A stretch of DNA of 64,000 bases, from the NCBI RefSeq assembly GCF_026210795.1, contig NC_089434.1, positions 868,001 through 932,000 on the forward strand. Direction: 5' to 3'. The stretch's first letter is position 1. Every line of letters starts with the position of its first letter. Positions 13,288 through 25,964 of this stretch are shown here, piece after piece. The stretch comes from Rhizophagus irregularis (taxonomy: Eukaryota). The notes below the pieces were generated by a model that was not told where the DNA came from, did not search any database, and saw only the letters and a program-made list of their open reading frames with translations. A program made the position numbers and the translations under genes.

Positions 13288-14041
13288 TCGATTGGTAATT
13301 AATTCGTTTTTTTTTTTCGTAAATTTAAATTTTCAAAATTTGAATTCTTATTAATATTTTTATTTCTTTCGTTTAGTTTCAACATGAAGAAGTGTTTATG
13401 AATCTATTATTACTTAATTTTACTTAATACGTATTTCATATGTAATATATTATTTTTTTTTTGAAATTCGAAATTTAATTACCTTTACTCTATAGAACTT
13501 TAATAAAACGTTGTAGCGGTGTAGCCTATGTGCGATTTGCATATCTTCTTGTACGCCTTCAAGTTTTAATCCCCTTAAAAGAACACTGATATGTGTGCGA
13601 TTTGCGTATTTTCTTATACGCCTTCGAGTTTTAGTTTTAATCCCCTTAAAAAAGAACATTGATAAATTAGTTATATTTGATACACAAAATTGCACATCTT
13701 TGATGTAACAATATATCGATGTAACAATATTAGATTGGCATGTGAAATGTAAGGTAATTGAGAAAGAATTTCTTGTAAATAGAAATTTCTAATTGCCAAG
13801 CATAAATAAATAATGAATGTGCTGTACTACATCGCAACTGCTTTATTTTTTATATTATTATTGATGTTAAGATTAAAGTTATAAAATTATTGTGCAACTC
13901 GTTATCTATTGAATAAAATTTATAAAGATCTTCATATATCGCGTCTTTAGATATTTATGGTGGTTAAAATCTTTTGTTAAATAATACAAGTTGACATAAG
14001 CTTTGATGCAAGATGAATGTTCCCCATCACAAAATTATTTA

Positions 14042-14945
14042 ATAAATGCTTAAAAAAGATTTCAAAATAGCAGAATAGCTGATTTAATTCAGATGAAGCC
14101 ATGTGAAGAGCAAAGTTTTAAAGAATTTGTCTTTCATAATTTTTTGTTTATTTTTTCAGCCCTAACAAAATGAAATAATTTCCATTTAACGATTAGACGT
14201 TGATCGATAACGACACAAATTTCTTACAACAAAATAATTGGTTTCTCATGCTTAAAAAAGATTTCAAAATAGCAGAACAGCTGATTTAATTCAGATTAAG
14301 CCATGTGAATGAGAGTGAGAGAATTCCATAACTCTTTGTTTATTTTTTCAGCCCTAACAAATGAAATAATTTCCATTTAACGATTAGACAAAACAAGTCG
14401 ATTTATAACGATACGGCAAAATGATTGGTTCTCTATCATCAATAAATGATTAATAATAGTGAGAGACTTCCATAACTCTTTGTTTATTTTTCAGCCCTAA
14501 CAAAAATGAAATAATTTCCATTTAACGATTAGACGTTGATTCGATAACGACACGAATTTTTTTTATAACAAAATAATTGGTTCTCTATTACAATAAAAAA
14601 GATTTCAAAATAGCAGAACAGCTGATTTAATTCAGATCAAGCCATGTGAATAAGTGTGAGAGACTTCCATAACTCTTTGTTTATTTTTTTCAGCCTAACA
14701 AAATGAAATAATTTCCATTTAACGATTAAACGAAACAAGAGAAATAACGACACAAATTTTTTATGCAAAATGTTATTAAATAAATGCTTTAAAAAAAAAG
14801 ATTTCAAAATAGCAGAATAAGTTTAGATGAAGTCATATGAATATGGTAAAGAATTTGTCTTCCATGATTCTTTGTTTATTTATTTTAATTTTTTTTTTTC
14901 AGCCTAATAGAATAAAATAAAATTCATTTAATGACTAAACGAAAC
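14042..14945. repeat. Five-unit tandem repeat of ~150-205 bp
   Basis: Units start near 14042, 14248, 14441 (5' half deleted), 14592 and 14778. Shared GATTTCAAAATAGCAGAA.AGCTGATTTAATTCAGAT.AAGCCATGTGAA and CAGCCCTAACAAAATGAAATAATTTCCATTTAACGATTA. Confidence 0.9.
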
Positions 14946-15391
14946 TTCTTTGTTACTTGTTTTTTTTTACGAAAAATAAATTTTGCAGATCATATAATAA
15001 AATTATTATATTCTCTAATAACAATTATGCTAACCAAATCTCTTTGTTTTCATAGAATTTCATCAAACATATGAAACAAAATAAAAATTTACCATGGGAA
15101 TTTTTTCACCGAAAACTATTCTATTTTTGTAGTTATTATAAAAAAAAAATCCAAACTTTATTTCCCTTGTAAACTTTATTTTCTTTTTTGTACAACTTGA
15201 TTGAGGCAGATCATAACTTAATTGTCGTATGATGTAATTCCTGTTTTGCTATCCCCCCGAGATAAATAACATTTTGCGTTTAGCAAAAAAAAAAAAAATT
15301 ATTTCTAATTTATTCTTTTAACTTTGAAATTCTTAACTTTTTTTTTTTGAAAAAAAAAAAATTAAAGAACTTAAAAAAAAAACTCAAAATT

Positions 15392-15425
<34 letters not shown>

Positions 15426-15426
15426 T

Positions 15427-16158
15427 ATGCCACCAATTAGAAAATCAAAAGAAATATTTCGAGAACAAGTGCGTTGGAGTTCTAATGAACTTATTGGAAT
15501 TTTAGATTTTCTTGATAATAATTTTGAAATGTGGAGAACAAATCGAGTCAACGCTTCCACGAAAGCAATCGAAGCAACTAATAATAAACGGGATGCAAGA
15601 TCAGTTTATAATAAAATTCATGTATTAATTAAAAGTATGGAAGTATATCATAAAACTGGCGAAAAATCAAATACTGGTACCGTTATATGGAGTAATAAAA
15701 GAATTCAGGAATTGGTAGAAAATATTTATATTAAAACTAAAGAAAAAAGTGAAGAAAATCAAGAAATCGAAGTTGATGATAATAATAGGTATGATGATCT
15801 TCAGATATTATTAATTGTAATATATTATTTATAAATTATTTATTTCCTTAGCGATGCATCCACTATTCGAACTGAAATGGACGATGAACCAGCACCTTAT
15901 TCAACTGAGGCGATTAATAAACTTTATAGTGAGAAATTAATTCAACTTTCTCAAACTCGATCCACGGTTATGAAAACTATTGAAGAAACTAATAATACAT
16001 TTGAAGTATCAAAAGTTAATTTGTTACTTTACTCAAAAGAAGCGGCTATTGATATTTTTGACAAAAAAATTGAAGAAATTACTAAACTTCGAGATGAACT
16101 TTCCTATATTATTAATGATATTAACAATAAATATGAACAAATGAAAAACTTTCGGTGA
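15427..16158 (+). CDS. Cluster paralog 4: Myb/SANT-like + coiled-coil protein (222 aa)
   Basis: Exon1 15427-15788, intron 15789-15851 (GTATGA..CTTAG), exon2 15852-16158. Spliced length is 669 nt, in frame. Confidence 0.88.
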
Positions 16159-17197
16159 ATGATAGATTAGAATTTTATATTTTCCTTTTTTTTAATGATT
16201 TTTTTTTATTTTTTTTTGGAATTTTTGATATTTTATACATAATTTTTTTTATTTTTTGCATACAATACAATACTTAATCGATCAAAATGTGTCTCTAGAA
16301 AATTTTAATAATAAATCAACAACTTTTCACTTCTAAACAAACTTTAATAAAAATTTTTAGCGTTTTTCGTTCTTCATTTTTATGACTCATAAACTCTACG
16401 CTCAGATAGATTTGGGCAAAACTATGATTGGTGGTTCGTGAACGGAAAGCTGAGGGCGACTGTAAATTTTATAAATAATATATAATATAAATAAAATTCT
16501 TTCTGTATCGGAATTTACCCGTTTAATATTTCCATTTCGTGATTAAGTTTCATCTAACAATTCTGCTGATTAAAACTTTCACATGCTGTGCATGAACAAA
16601 TTTAAATATTCAGGATATTTTCAAGTTTATTTTAAAATAGTTTATATTAAAGTGATAAAAGCAAAGCAAAGGATATTGAGTATTGACAATAAATAAAAAT
16701 GTTGTATCATCGGAGTTTGTTTATCAAAACTGTTGATCCTTAGGCACCAATTGTAACTTACCTTGTACAAATGCACAAACTTTTTTTATCATGCATATCT
16801 TATATATATATCCTTTCTTAAAAGAAAGTTTTGATAAAAATTCTTTTTCCGGTTCTCCGTGAACTTAACTATTGAAGGAAACTTTATCCTGCTTTGTATT
16901 TTTTGATTATATTTTTTGTTTATAACCTTATGATTTATAACTTGATTGTTCATTTTCTAAAATCTATTGTTAAAAAAATTATTTTAAAATTATTTTCAAC
17001 TTTTCTTGTACAACGAAACGACTAAGCAGTTTAGATAAATAAATATTTTTCTTTTCTTCCTTTTTTAACAAAAAAAAAAAATTCTAAACAATTCCTTTGA
17101 ACATTTTTAACGTAAAAAAAAAAAAAACTTTTTTCTTAATATTTCTTTGAATATAATATATATATATTTTTCTTCTTAATTTTTTATAAAAAAAAAA

Positions 17198-18035
17198 ATG
17201 CCTAAAGATACACCAATACGTTGGGAAAATGCAGAACTAATTAAAATCTTAAGTTACATTAATAACAATATTGATATGTGGTGTACAAACCATCTTAATG
17301 CTTGTCTCAAAGCAATAGAAGCTACCAACAATAATAAACGTGATGCAAAAGCAGTTTATAATAAAATTCATAGTTTGATTAAAGCTATGGACGAATTTCT
17401 TAAAACAGGGAAAAAGGCTCAAACTTGCAGCATTATTTGGGAGGAAACAAAAATTCATGATTTAGTAAGAAAAATTTATGTTAAAACCAAAGATAGAAAG
17501 AAGAAAGATGACAATAAAGAAAAAAAGAAAAAAGACGAAAATCTAGAACGAAGGTCAAAAGAAGGAAGTCAAGAATCTAAAACTCGTGATGATGATGGTG
17601 ATGTTGAAATGTCAAATAGGTATGTTGATGAATAACCTTAAATTAAGTGTCGTTAATTGAATATGTAATTACGATTATTTATTAACATTCATGATTTCTT
17701 TTTCTTTTCATTTAAGCTCTGATCAACTAACGCCCACTAATCGATCGACTGTAAATGGACCTGTCTCTCAGTTACCTTTTTCTCCTGATTTGATTGAAAA
17801 ACTTTATAATGAAAAATGTCAACAAATTGCTGAAACTCGGACTAGACTTACAAAAATAGCTGAAAGTGCCAAGAGTGAATTTGATATGGTTAACTTTCAG
17901 ATTCCTTTTCAACTTGATTCAGTTGAGACTAACTGTAACGATAAAGTACATCAAATTACTCTTCTTCGAACTGAACTTATCGAAATGATTGAGAAAGCTA
18001 ATAATAAATATAATGAATTAAAAGCATTTCAATAA
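17198..18035 (+). CDS. Cluster paralog 5: Myb/SANT-like + coiled-coil protein (246 aa)
   Basis: Exon1 17198-17619, intron 17620-17716 (GTATGT..TTAAG), exon2 17717-18035. Spliced length is 741 nt, in frame. Long K/R/D/E-rich linker. Confidence 0.88.
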
Positions 18036-19439
18036 CTTTGAATTAGGTAATTATTTTTTTTTAATCATTTTGGATTTTATACGTTGCTGTACATGATTCT
18101 TATTATTATGATCTTTCTATTGTAGATAATAAAATATTTCGAACACGATGGTGATTGGAGTATATTAATTTTAATGAATCTATTTAATTTTCTTTCCCTC
18201 TTTTTTCTCTTTTTCTTTTGATATCTTTATTTATACATATACACATTATTAAGTAAACTTGCATAGTCTAATCTCTTCACTGGTTAAAGTGTGTGTTTAT
18301 AATACCTCTTGATCATTTTAAATTTAGAATAAAAGGCCCTTTTTTTTAAAAAAAAAAAGAAAAAAGAAAAATTTATAGTAATAATTAATTCTTCACTGTA
18401 CGTATTGTACGTTATATTTATTCAAGAAGCGCATCGTCTCGTTTACTCAACGAGTTTGTCATAAATTCATCCGCGTGACCTTCATAATCTTCTGTTTAGT
18501 GACAAAGCATAAATAACGTTAAATTGAGCCGTTCAGTCAATTTTTGCTTAGTTTAGATTTTGTTTAACGTTGGCTTAGTTTAGTTTGCTTATCTTATGTT
18601 TAGATTAGTTTTAGTTTAGCATTAGATTAGCTTATTTATCCGATTATATACCATGTTTTTGTTATTGTAAATAAATAAATAATCATATATAATCACTCGT
18701 TTGATGTTGAACCAAATCCATGAGTATGCATTTATACAATAGTATATACATCGTACGTTAAAGATCGGAGAAAGCATACCGGTTAAAGTTTCATAACTAA
18801 AAAACAATAAGGCACAATACCGTAACAAATGCATAAAGATTAACACCTAAATGGCTAAATCGATGGTTAACTGATTGATAACCTACAGTACCTTTAAGTT
18901 CCTAATCTAATTACCTATTTTTTATCCTAACCTAAATCCTAATCCGGACGTACCAGTCGTACCACGTCTGGAAAGTCCGTACCTGCGGGTACCGAAAATT
19001 GATCCAACAAATCACATGATCAAACAATGATTCCATCCGTTTTAAAAAAAACCGTTCAATATAATATTTTTTTTTAAAAAAAATAAAATTTATAAAAACC
19101 GTTCAAATGTTCATTATGTTCATTATATAATAAATACTTTTTAATAAAATTTATTGGTGTCATTAGCGTCGATTAATAAATACGGTTTGTCGATTTGTCT
19201 ATATTAAATGAAGCAAGGGATAAAAAAAAAAAAATTATGGAAATTAAACATTAATTTATAATCTGTAAAGATACGGCAAAAAAAAAATGGGAATTTGGCG
19301 TTAATTCGTAATCCGCGGAAGCTACAGCAAGAAAAATAGGAATCTGGCGTTACGACAAATAAATAACTGTATTATATCACACAACAGAAAAGGCATCATA
19401 AATTGCATCTGAAATCGTATATGAATTTTTTACAGTTTA

Positions 19440-22400
19440 CAGTCAAACCTCTATATACCGATTATACCGATACAGCTATTTTTGGAAAAAAATATCGGTA
19501 TATCAAATTATCGGTGCAATTGTACATTATGAAAATTTTATATACCGAACTGGGCAGGCATGATGGTAGCTAGTTCTTTTGAACGCTAAGTCTTAAGTCA
19601 CCAATTTTATTATTCGATCTTGTGTATAACTAGATTAGTCTATATGTTTTAATTTCAATGTAATAACTAAATTAGTCTATATAATTTTATTTCAATAAAT
19701 TCTTTTTGTTTTCCTTTGTTTTAAAAAAAGAAAATTTTATATACCGATATTTGTATAAAAATTATTACAGTATATTAATGTATTAGATGTGTATTAGTAT
19801 ATACAGTGACACAGTGTACAGTGTACAAAAACTATACTAAAGAGTTTGAAAAAAACTATCTAACGTAGTCTGCTTTGAGTTATTAATATGTGATTTCAAT
19901 ACTTGATGTCTTAACTTCTGCAATACATTTTGATTCATTTGAATTAATACAAACATCCGATGAATGTTTAAAAAATCATCCAAATAACCTAAAGCTTTTG
20001 TTACAGAAATTACTACTGGAGGCACTTCGTTTGGATCTACTTCTGGTTCATTATTATTATTTGACTTTACCATAGATACAAATGCATCATCAGTTAACCC
20101 TTCGTTACTTTTTAAACAATCATCAATACGAAGAAACTCATCTGCATCCATAGGATCATCAAATGGTAGTTTGCTAATTAAATCTTGTAATTCCATTTCA
20201 TCCCGAGATGCGTGATCCTTAATTTCATCAATTTCGCCTGTTTCACTTATTGGTAAGTTCCCTGTATGTTTTGACTTAAATATTCATGATTCTATTGATT
20301 TCAGCATAAATGCTTGGAATTCTTTAAGTTCTTGTGACATTTCATAGCTTCAATTCTATTTCTAACAAGTAATATCTAGTACCGTGCTTATATTAATGAA
20401 ATTTTATCATAAATTAAATTTTGATTTTGTAAAAAAAAAAACCTTTGCAAATTAACAATAAAAATACTAACCTTAAAAGAATTAATTATTCCTGCATCAC
20501 AAGGCTGTAGATGAGATGTAGTATTTGGCGGCAACCACATTGGTTAAATTTATTTCTTCATTTATAATATGTACGGGACTAACGGGTGCACTATCAACAA
20601 GCAAAAGGATATTGCGATTTTGTAATCGCATTTGCATATGCTCGTGGATTCTGGTATTTATGAATAAACAATGGCTTTAATTTTTCAGTACCAGTAGCAT
20701 TGTATGTAAAAAGCAGAGTAATCCGTTTTTTAGATTTCTTTGTTCCGGAAAGAAGCCCTTGCCAATGTTTTTGATGGTTCCCAACCCAAAGAAAGTAGTC
20801 GACCACGCTGGTGGAGGAAATTAAAAATTATGATGTTAAAACCCTTGTCTATTTTTTGCGTGGACAGAACATTCTTACTATGAAAATTATGAAAGCGAAT
20901 AAGATTCTTACCATCCCAATACAATCCTAAAATAAACAAAATTATAAATATAGAAAATAGAAGCCTTTTGAAAAAAAAAATTTACCAGTCAAAAACGTCA
21001 TTTAAGTCATAATCTTTGATTATTTCACGCAAAATATCTCTTTCTTCATCTAAAGTTTCCAATAGCGCGTTTTTTGCTTCACTCAACTTAATATATCCTT
21101 TTAAATTATGACGCTTTTTAAACTTATCGATCCAACTATTAGAAACTGAAAAATTATTGACTTCAAATTGTCGTGCAAAATATTTTCTTTTTCGCGTAAA
21201 ATATCGGTGTTAATACCCTGTAAAAAAAATTCTGGAAAAAACTCCGATAAATGATCGTTTTTCTGAAAAATTTTTTATAGGGACTGCAGCAAGCGCGTTC
21301 GTTATCCATAATGAAAGAGCTTCTTCTACTTGAGGAAAATAAATAGTTTGTTTACTTACATCTTCTGAGTCTGGATTACGAGTAACCACTTGCTGAAACA
21401 GTATTTTGTTTAATTTTATATAAAGCTACAAGTTCTGTCGTGAGAATCTAGACAGAGTTGACGTTTTTTGTGCATGTGTTAAAAATTACTCCTTTATTTG
21501 GTTTGGAAATATCTTGAACAGACTTCACGACGCGTTAAGCAAAAAAAAGTTAGTATTATATGCTGGTGTAACTTAGATTTATCGGTATATACTAAGTCAG
21601 AACTCGATGATTTTAGGTCGTTATACTGAGAGTTCGGTAAAACAAATATTCTTGTTACACCGAACTTAATATGTAAATTTTTTATAATTCGGTTTATCAA
21701 TTTTTTTTTTATAATAGACGCCTTATTTATTATATTATATTGGGTCATTATATTGAACTACAGATAAAGTAACACGTTTATTTGTATAATAAAAGAGTAA
21801 AAGAGTTAATAAAAGGGGCGAGATATTTAACTTACATCTGTTACATTACTCTCTTTGGTGAAGATCGAATAAAAAAAAAATTTTTTAAAACGATGATCGG
21901 TATAGGACCCAGAAATATATATACAAGGGGTAGGGTACACCATCATAGTGGAATTAGACGGAGTAAAGTTTTGATTTGCGTACAATTTTACTATAGTTAG
22001 GTCATCAAGATTGCGTATTTTTTATCAAATTTTTTATATGTAAAAAATTAGTTTGCGTATTTTTGACCTAAATTTGGCTAATCTTATATATTTACTGTAC
22101 GTACTTATTTAATTAACCGAATTGTAAGAAATTTCTAAGGGTTAAAAAGTGAAATTTTAGAAAAATATTATTAAAAAAATGGTAAATTCTATTTTTTCAC
22201 ATTAGTATTTATAATATAGAAGCCATGATAAAATAATTAATAACTTAATGTCTGAAATTTTATTTGCGTATTTTTGCAGGATTTTCAATATCAGGTGTCA
22301 ATTATGCGTACTACTCATATAAAAAGTCTCTGCGTACAGCTCATAGTAAAAAAATTTTTCGCCACCTGACCCCTATATATATATTTCTGGGTCCTATCGG

Positions 22401-22570
22401 TATGTAGAAAAAAAAATCGGTATCGGCTTATCGTGAATAATACAATGTAACTGGTTTACAGCTTAACGTCGGTATAGCTATATCGCGAAATTTATAATAA
22501 AATCGGTATATAGAAATTAATTATATACGTGGGGAAAAAAAATCGGTATGAGTCAAAATCGGTTTATCCC
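19440..22570 (-). mobile_element. Decayed pogo/Tigger-type (Tc1-mariner) DNA transposon with a fragmented CENP-B-like transposase
   Basis: TA|CAGTCAAACCTCTATATACCGA terminus at 19440 and multiple TCGGTAT subterminal motifs at both ends. Minus-strand fragments at ~19837-21400: PQVEEALSLWITNA, VSNSWIDKFKKRHNL, KKSKKRITLLFTYNATGTEKLKPLFIHKYQNPR, LLVDSAP, PPNTTSHLQPCDAGIINSF, KQTTLDSFF. Many frameshifts. The right boundary is approximate. Confidence 0.8.
21903..22396. mobile_element. 494-bp MITE with TAGGACCCAGAAATATATATA TIRs and a 6-bp TSD, nested in the pogo relic
   Basis: Perfect ~21-bp TIRs. Direct repeat TCGGTA at 21897-21902 and 22397-22402. Confidence 0.88.
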
Positions 22571-22715
22571 GAATTTAAATTGCGAATTATAAATTTTATT
22601 TTATATATAAAAACAGTAATTTCAGTAATTTTTTTTACCGATGAGAATATATCCATAAAAAAAAAAAATTTCTAATGCTAATCTCAAGAATATCTACATC
22701 ACTCTATCCAATCAA

Positions 22716-23417
22716 TCACTGATATTGTTTTAGTTCTTCACATTTATTATTGATCTTATTATTGGCGTCCATAAGTGTTTCAATCATTTCGGATTGGATT
22801 TGGGAAATTTTTTCAATATCTTCTTTTCGTTTTGTTTCAATTCCTTGTATTCTTTCGTTACATAGAGTTTTAACCTCTTCAATTACTATAGGCATCTGAA
22901 AACTACCCATTTGATTCATTTGATTTGTAGATGTCTCACCTACTGTTGTTACTTGATTAGTTCTAAAATAAAATAAAATAAAATAAAATTAACAAAATAA
23001 ATTGTTTATTTTTTTTTTGTAAAAAAAAAAGTCACCGTACTCTATATTAACTTTAAAGTCACCACCACTTTTACGGTTTATTTTCTTTTCTTGACTTTCT
23101 TTTATTTGAGTTCTTTCTGTTCTTTCTCTAGTTTTGATACAAATTTTTCTTACTAATTTGCTTATTTTTTTGCTTTCTCTAAGAATATTACAAGTAGGTG
23201 ATCTATCCGCTTCAATAGAATTTTCCATATCTTTTATTAAAGTATGAACTTTACTATATATTGACGAAGCATCTCGATCGATATTTGTATTTTTAGACGC
23301 TGCAGTGCAAGCCTCCATATGGTTTTCAAACCATTTATTAAAATTATTATTAAGGAATTTAAGAACCTTAACTAGTTCCGTATAATCCCAGCGTTTCATT
23401 CTGTCAGCCCGAGGCAT
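22716..23417 (-). CDS. Cluster paralog 6 (inverted): Myb/SANT-like + coiled-coil protein (207 aa)
   Basis: ATG at 23417 (MPRADRMKRW) after a poly-A leader like the other paralogs. Exon1 23417-23041, intron 23040-22963 (GTACGG..TTTAG), exon2 22962-22716. Spliced length is 624 nt, in frame. Confidence 0.87.
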
Positions 23418-23469
23418 ATTTTTTTTTTTTTTTTCACGAAAAAATACGGTTACGAAAAAAATATGGGGA

Positions 23470-23500
<31 letters not shown>

Positions 23501-25136
23501 GAGTAGCTTTCAAAATTACTTTTTGTCTAAAATCGTATTTTTTTTTCACATACTAAATTCTTTATGTTAATATTTTCGATGACTCATTGTTTGTTGTACC
23601 AACATTTTTTATCTATGAAAGATATATTTTTAAAGAAAGAAACCATTTATTTTTTTAACCGCTGATCGGACTAAATTAAAATTATCAAACACGCTTAATG
23701 AATACCACTCACATACCGATCCTAGTTTATTAACAAGTAAAATACCGGATCTTTAACAAACTTTAAATTGTACGAATTGTACGAACATCATTAATTTTTG
23801 TCATATAGTAAGGTATAAAAAAAATCGGTAAAAAATAATAAAATAATCCAACATTATTATTATTTCTTTTGCAAATAGATTAAATAAATTTCTGATTTGA
23901 TGTTTATTTATATATTATAATTTTTTTAATTATTAAATTTATGAATACACGTAAATTATTTAAAACGAACTAAATTGTGTAGAAACATTTTTATATAAAT
24001 GCTTTAGCAAATATTTCATCTCTTCGTTTTAATTGTCTTTACCAAGAAAAGATTTGTTGCATAAGGTGTAGATCATTTAAACGTATAAAGTTCCTGGAAC
24101 CGTCTTTGGAATCACAGATGAACATACCACATCAGTAGTATTGTCACATGCGCATATTTAAAGGAATTTCATAATGCCAGCCTAGTATTACTAAATGTGA
24201 TAAAATTTCAGTTGACATTATCCAAAAAAAGGATTGATTCACTTTATTTTTGTTTTTTTGGCTTAACTTTAATAACTGTATTAGTATGTTCTTTAAACGC
24301 ACTGTTTGGTTGTACAAAACTTAAATCATTCTTATTTGAGTACTTCTGCGGAATCAAATTTGTGCTGGGGACCAGGGCCCAGGGGGGCGGGGCAGAGGGG
24401 AACAACCGGGAGTAATGACTGATTAAACTTTATTTATATTTTAATTATTTTAATTGTGTACTTTATGTAAAAGTATGATAATGAAATGAATATAATTATT
24501 TATTTTATTTATTAATCATTTAGTACATAATTTTATATAATTTATATAAGAAAATAGAATGAGAATGAAAAATGTGTATTCGGCTTTATATTTTGTAAGG
24601 GGAAAAAAAATTTTTTTTTTATCAATAATAAAAATTCAAATAACCACGATATAAAAAAATAAAATTCATAAAAAAAAATGCACCAAAAAAAAAATACCTC
24701 TTTATGATGGAGTTGGTCTTGTAAAATGTTTACGATGTATGGACAAAGAAAATATCTACTTGGAATGAATTCTTTAACGATTAAGTATTAGTAGTATTAA
24801 TATATACTGTAACTATTATATATTTTCTATTAGATGAACGATTTTAAAAATAATAGGTTGATATTTTTTTCTCTTTTACTTAAAAAAATTTTTTTGTGAT
24901 ACCAGATACCCGCCAATATTTCCTATTAAAGCTAGTAACTAGTATTTAAGGAGTTATTTCTCCGGCATTTATTTGATTCTTTCCATAACAAATTTAAAAC
25001 GTTTTTAATACTTGTACGTTCTCACTTTTCTAAAAATTATAAATTTCGTTCCTTTTATTTTTTATTTTTATTTTTATTTATTTTTATTTTTATTATTTTT
25101 ATTTTTTTTATTTTTTTTAATAACAGGTAAATAATA

Positions 25137-25964
25137 ATGACTGGAAAAAGCTGGAAGACCACAGAGATAATTAAAGTTCTCGAGTTTATTAATGAAAATT
25201 TTTCTTTATGGTGCAAACATCGGATAAATGCTTGTACTAAAGTGGCCAAAGTTCATAATCTTGATAGAGATGCTAAATCAATTTATAGTATGGTTAATAA
25301 GTTGCTTCAAGCTATTAAAACTCCTAAAAGACGTAAAGCTTGCAAAACTTTAAAGAGGAGAAAGATTAGTAGTTTAGTAAAAGAAATTAATAAAAAAACC
25401 GAAGTTTTGGACGAAGGATTAGACGACAAATGTAAAGGAAAAAAAAAAATTACGAGTGACAATAAACAAAAAATTACAACTAACAGTAACACTAATATGA
25501 CTACAAAGTATGGTAACTTTATAAGTTAAATATTTTAATTATCAAAATTATACGTTATCCATTATTTTTTTTAATTTTTTTTTTATTTTCTTTTTATTTT
25601 CTTTTTTAGCGCTAATCAAAAATCCGCAAGTCAAGCAGCAACAACATCCGCAAGTCAAATAGCAACAACATTCGCAAATCAAGCGGCAACAACATCCGCA
25701 AGTCAAGTAGCAGCAACATTCGTAAGTCAGGCAGCAACAACATCCGCAAGTCAAGCAGCGACAACATCCGCAAGTCAAGTACCAAATACATCTGCAAGTC
25801 AAGTACCAACAACATCCACAAGTCAAATAACGTCTGTAATTGAGGGTGTTTATAAAGAAAAGGTTAAACAAATTGATACTAGGCGTGATGAAGATATCCA
25901 GAATATTACTCAATATACAACTGATATTGTCAATAGTCTCCTGTTAAAGGGAATTCTTAAGTGA
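25137..25964 (+). CDS. Cluster paralog 7: Myb/SANT-like protein with S/T/A/Q octapeptide repeats and a short coiled coil (241 aa)
   Basis: Exon1 25137-25507, intron 25508-25609 (GTATGG..TTTAG), exon2 25610-25964 (no ATG-initiated ORF, so absent from the track). Spliced length is 726 nt, in frame, ending ...LLLKGILK*. Confidence 0.82.
25623..25830 (+). repeat. Coding 24-bp minisatellite (~8.5 units; SASQ[A/V/I][A/P]TT) in paralog 7 exon 2
   Basis: Repeats of TCCGCAAGTCAAGCAGCAACAACA and variants, in frame. Confidence 0.92.

Noticed and set aside
14042..14945. CRISPR-like array
   Set aside because: Units are long and contiguous with no unique spacers, there are no cas genes, and the context is eukaryotic.
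23418..23549. N-terminal extension of ORF 22989..23549 (and 28574-28636)
   Set aside because: Non-ATG starts through homopolymer leader sequence. Homology begins at the ATGs at 23417 and 28637.
25548..25913. Cys-rich 121-aa and Leu-rich 69-aa minus-strand ORFs (metallothionein-like look)
   Set aside because: They are antisense shadows of the 24-bp coding repeat in paralog 7 exon 2.
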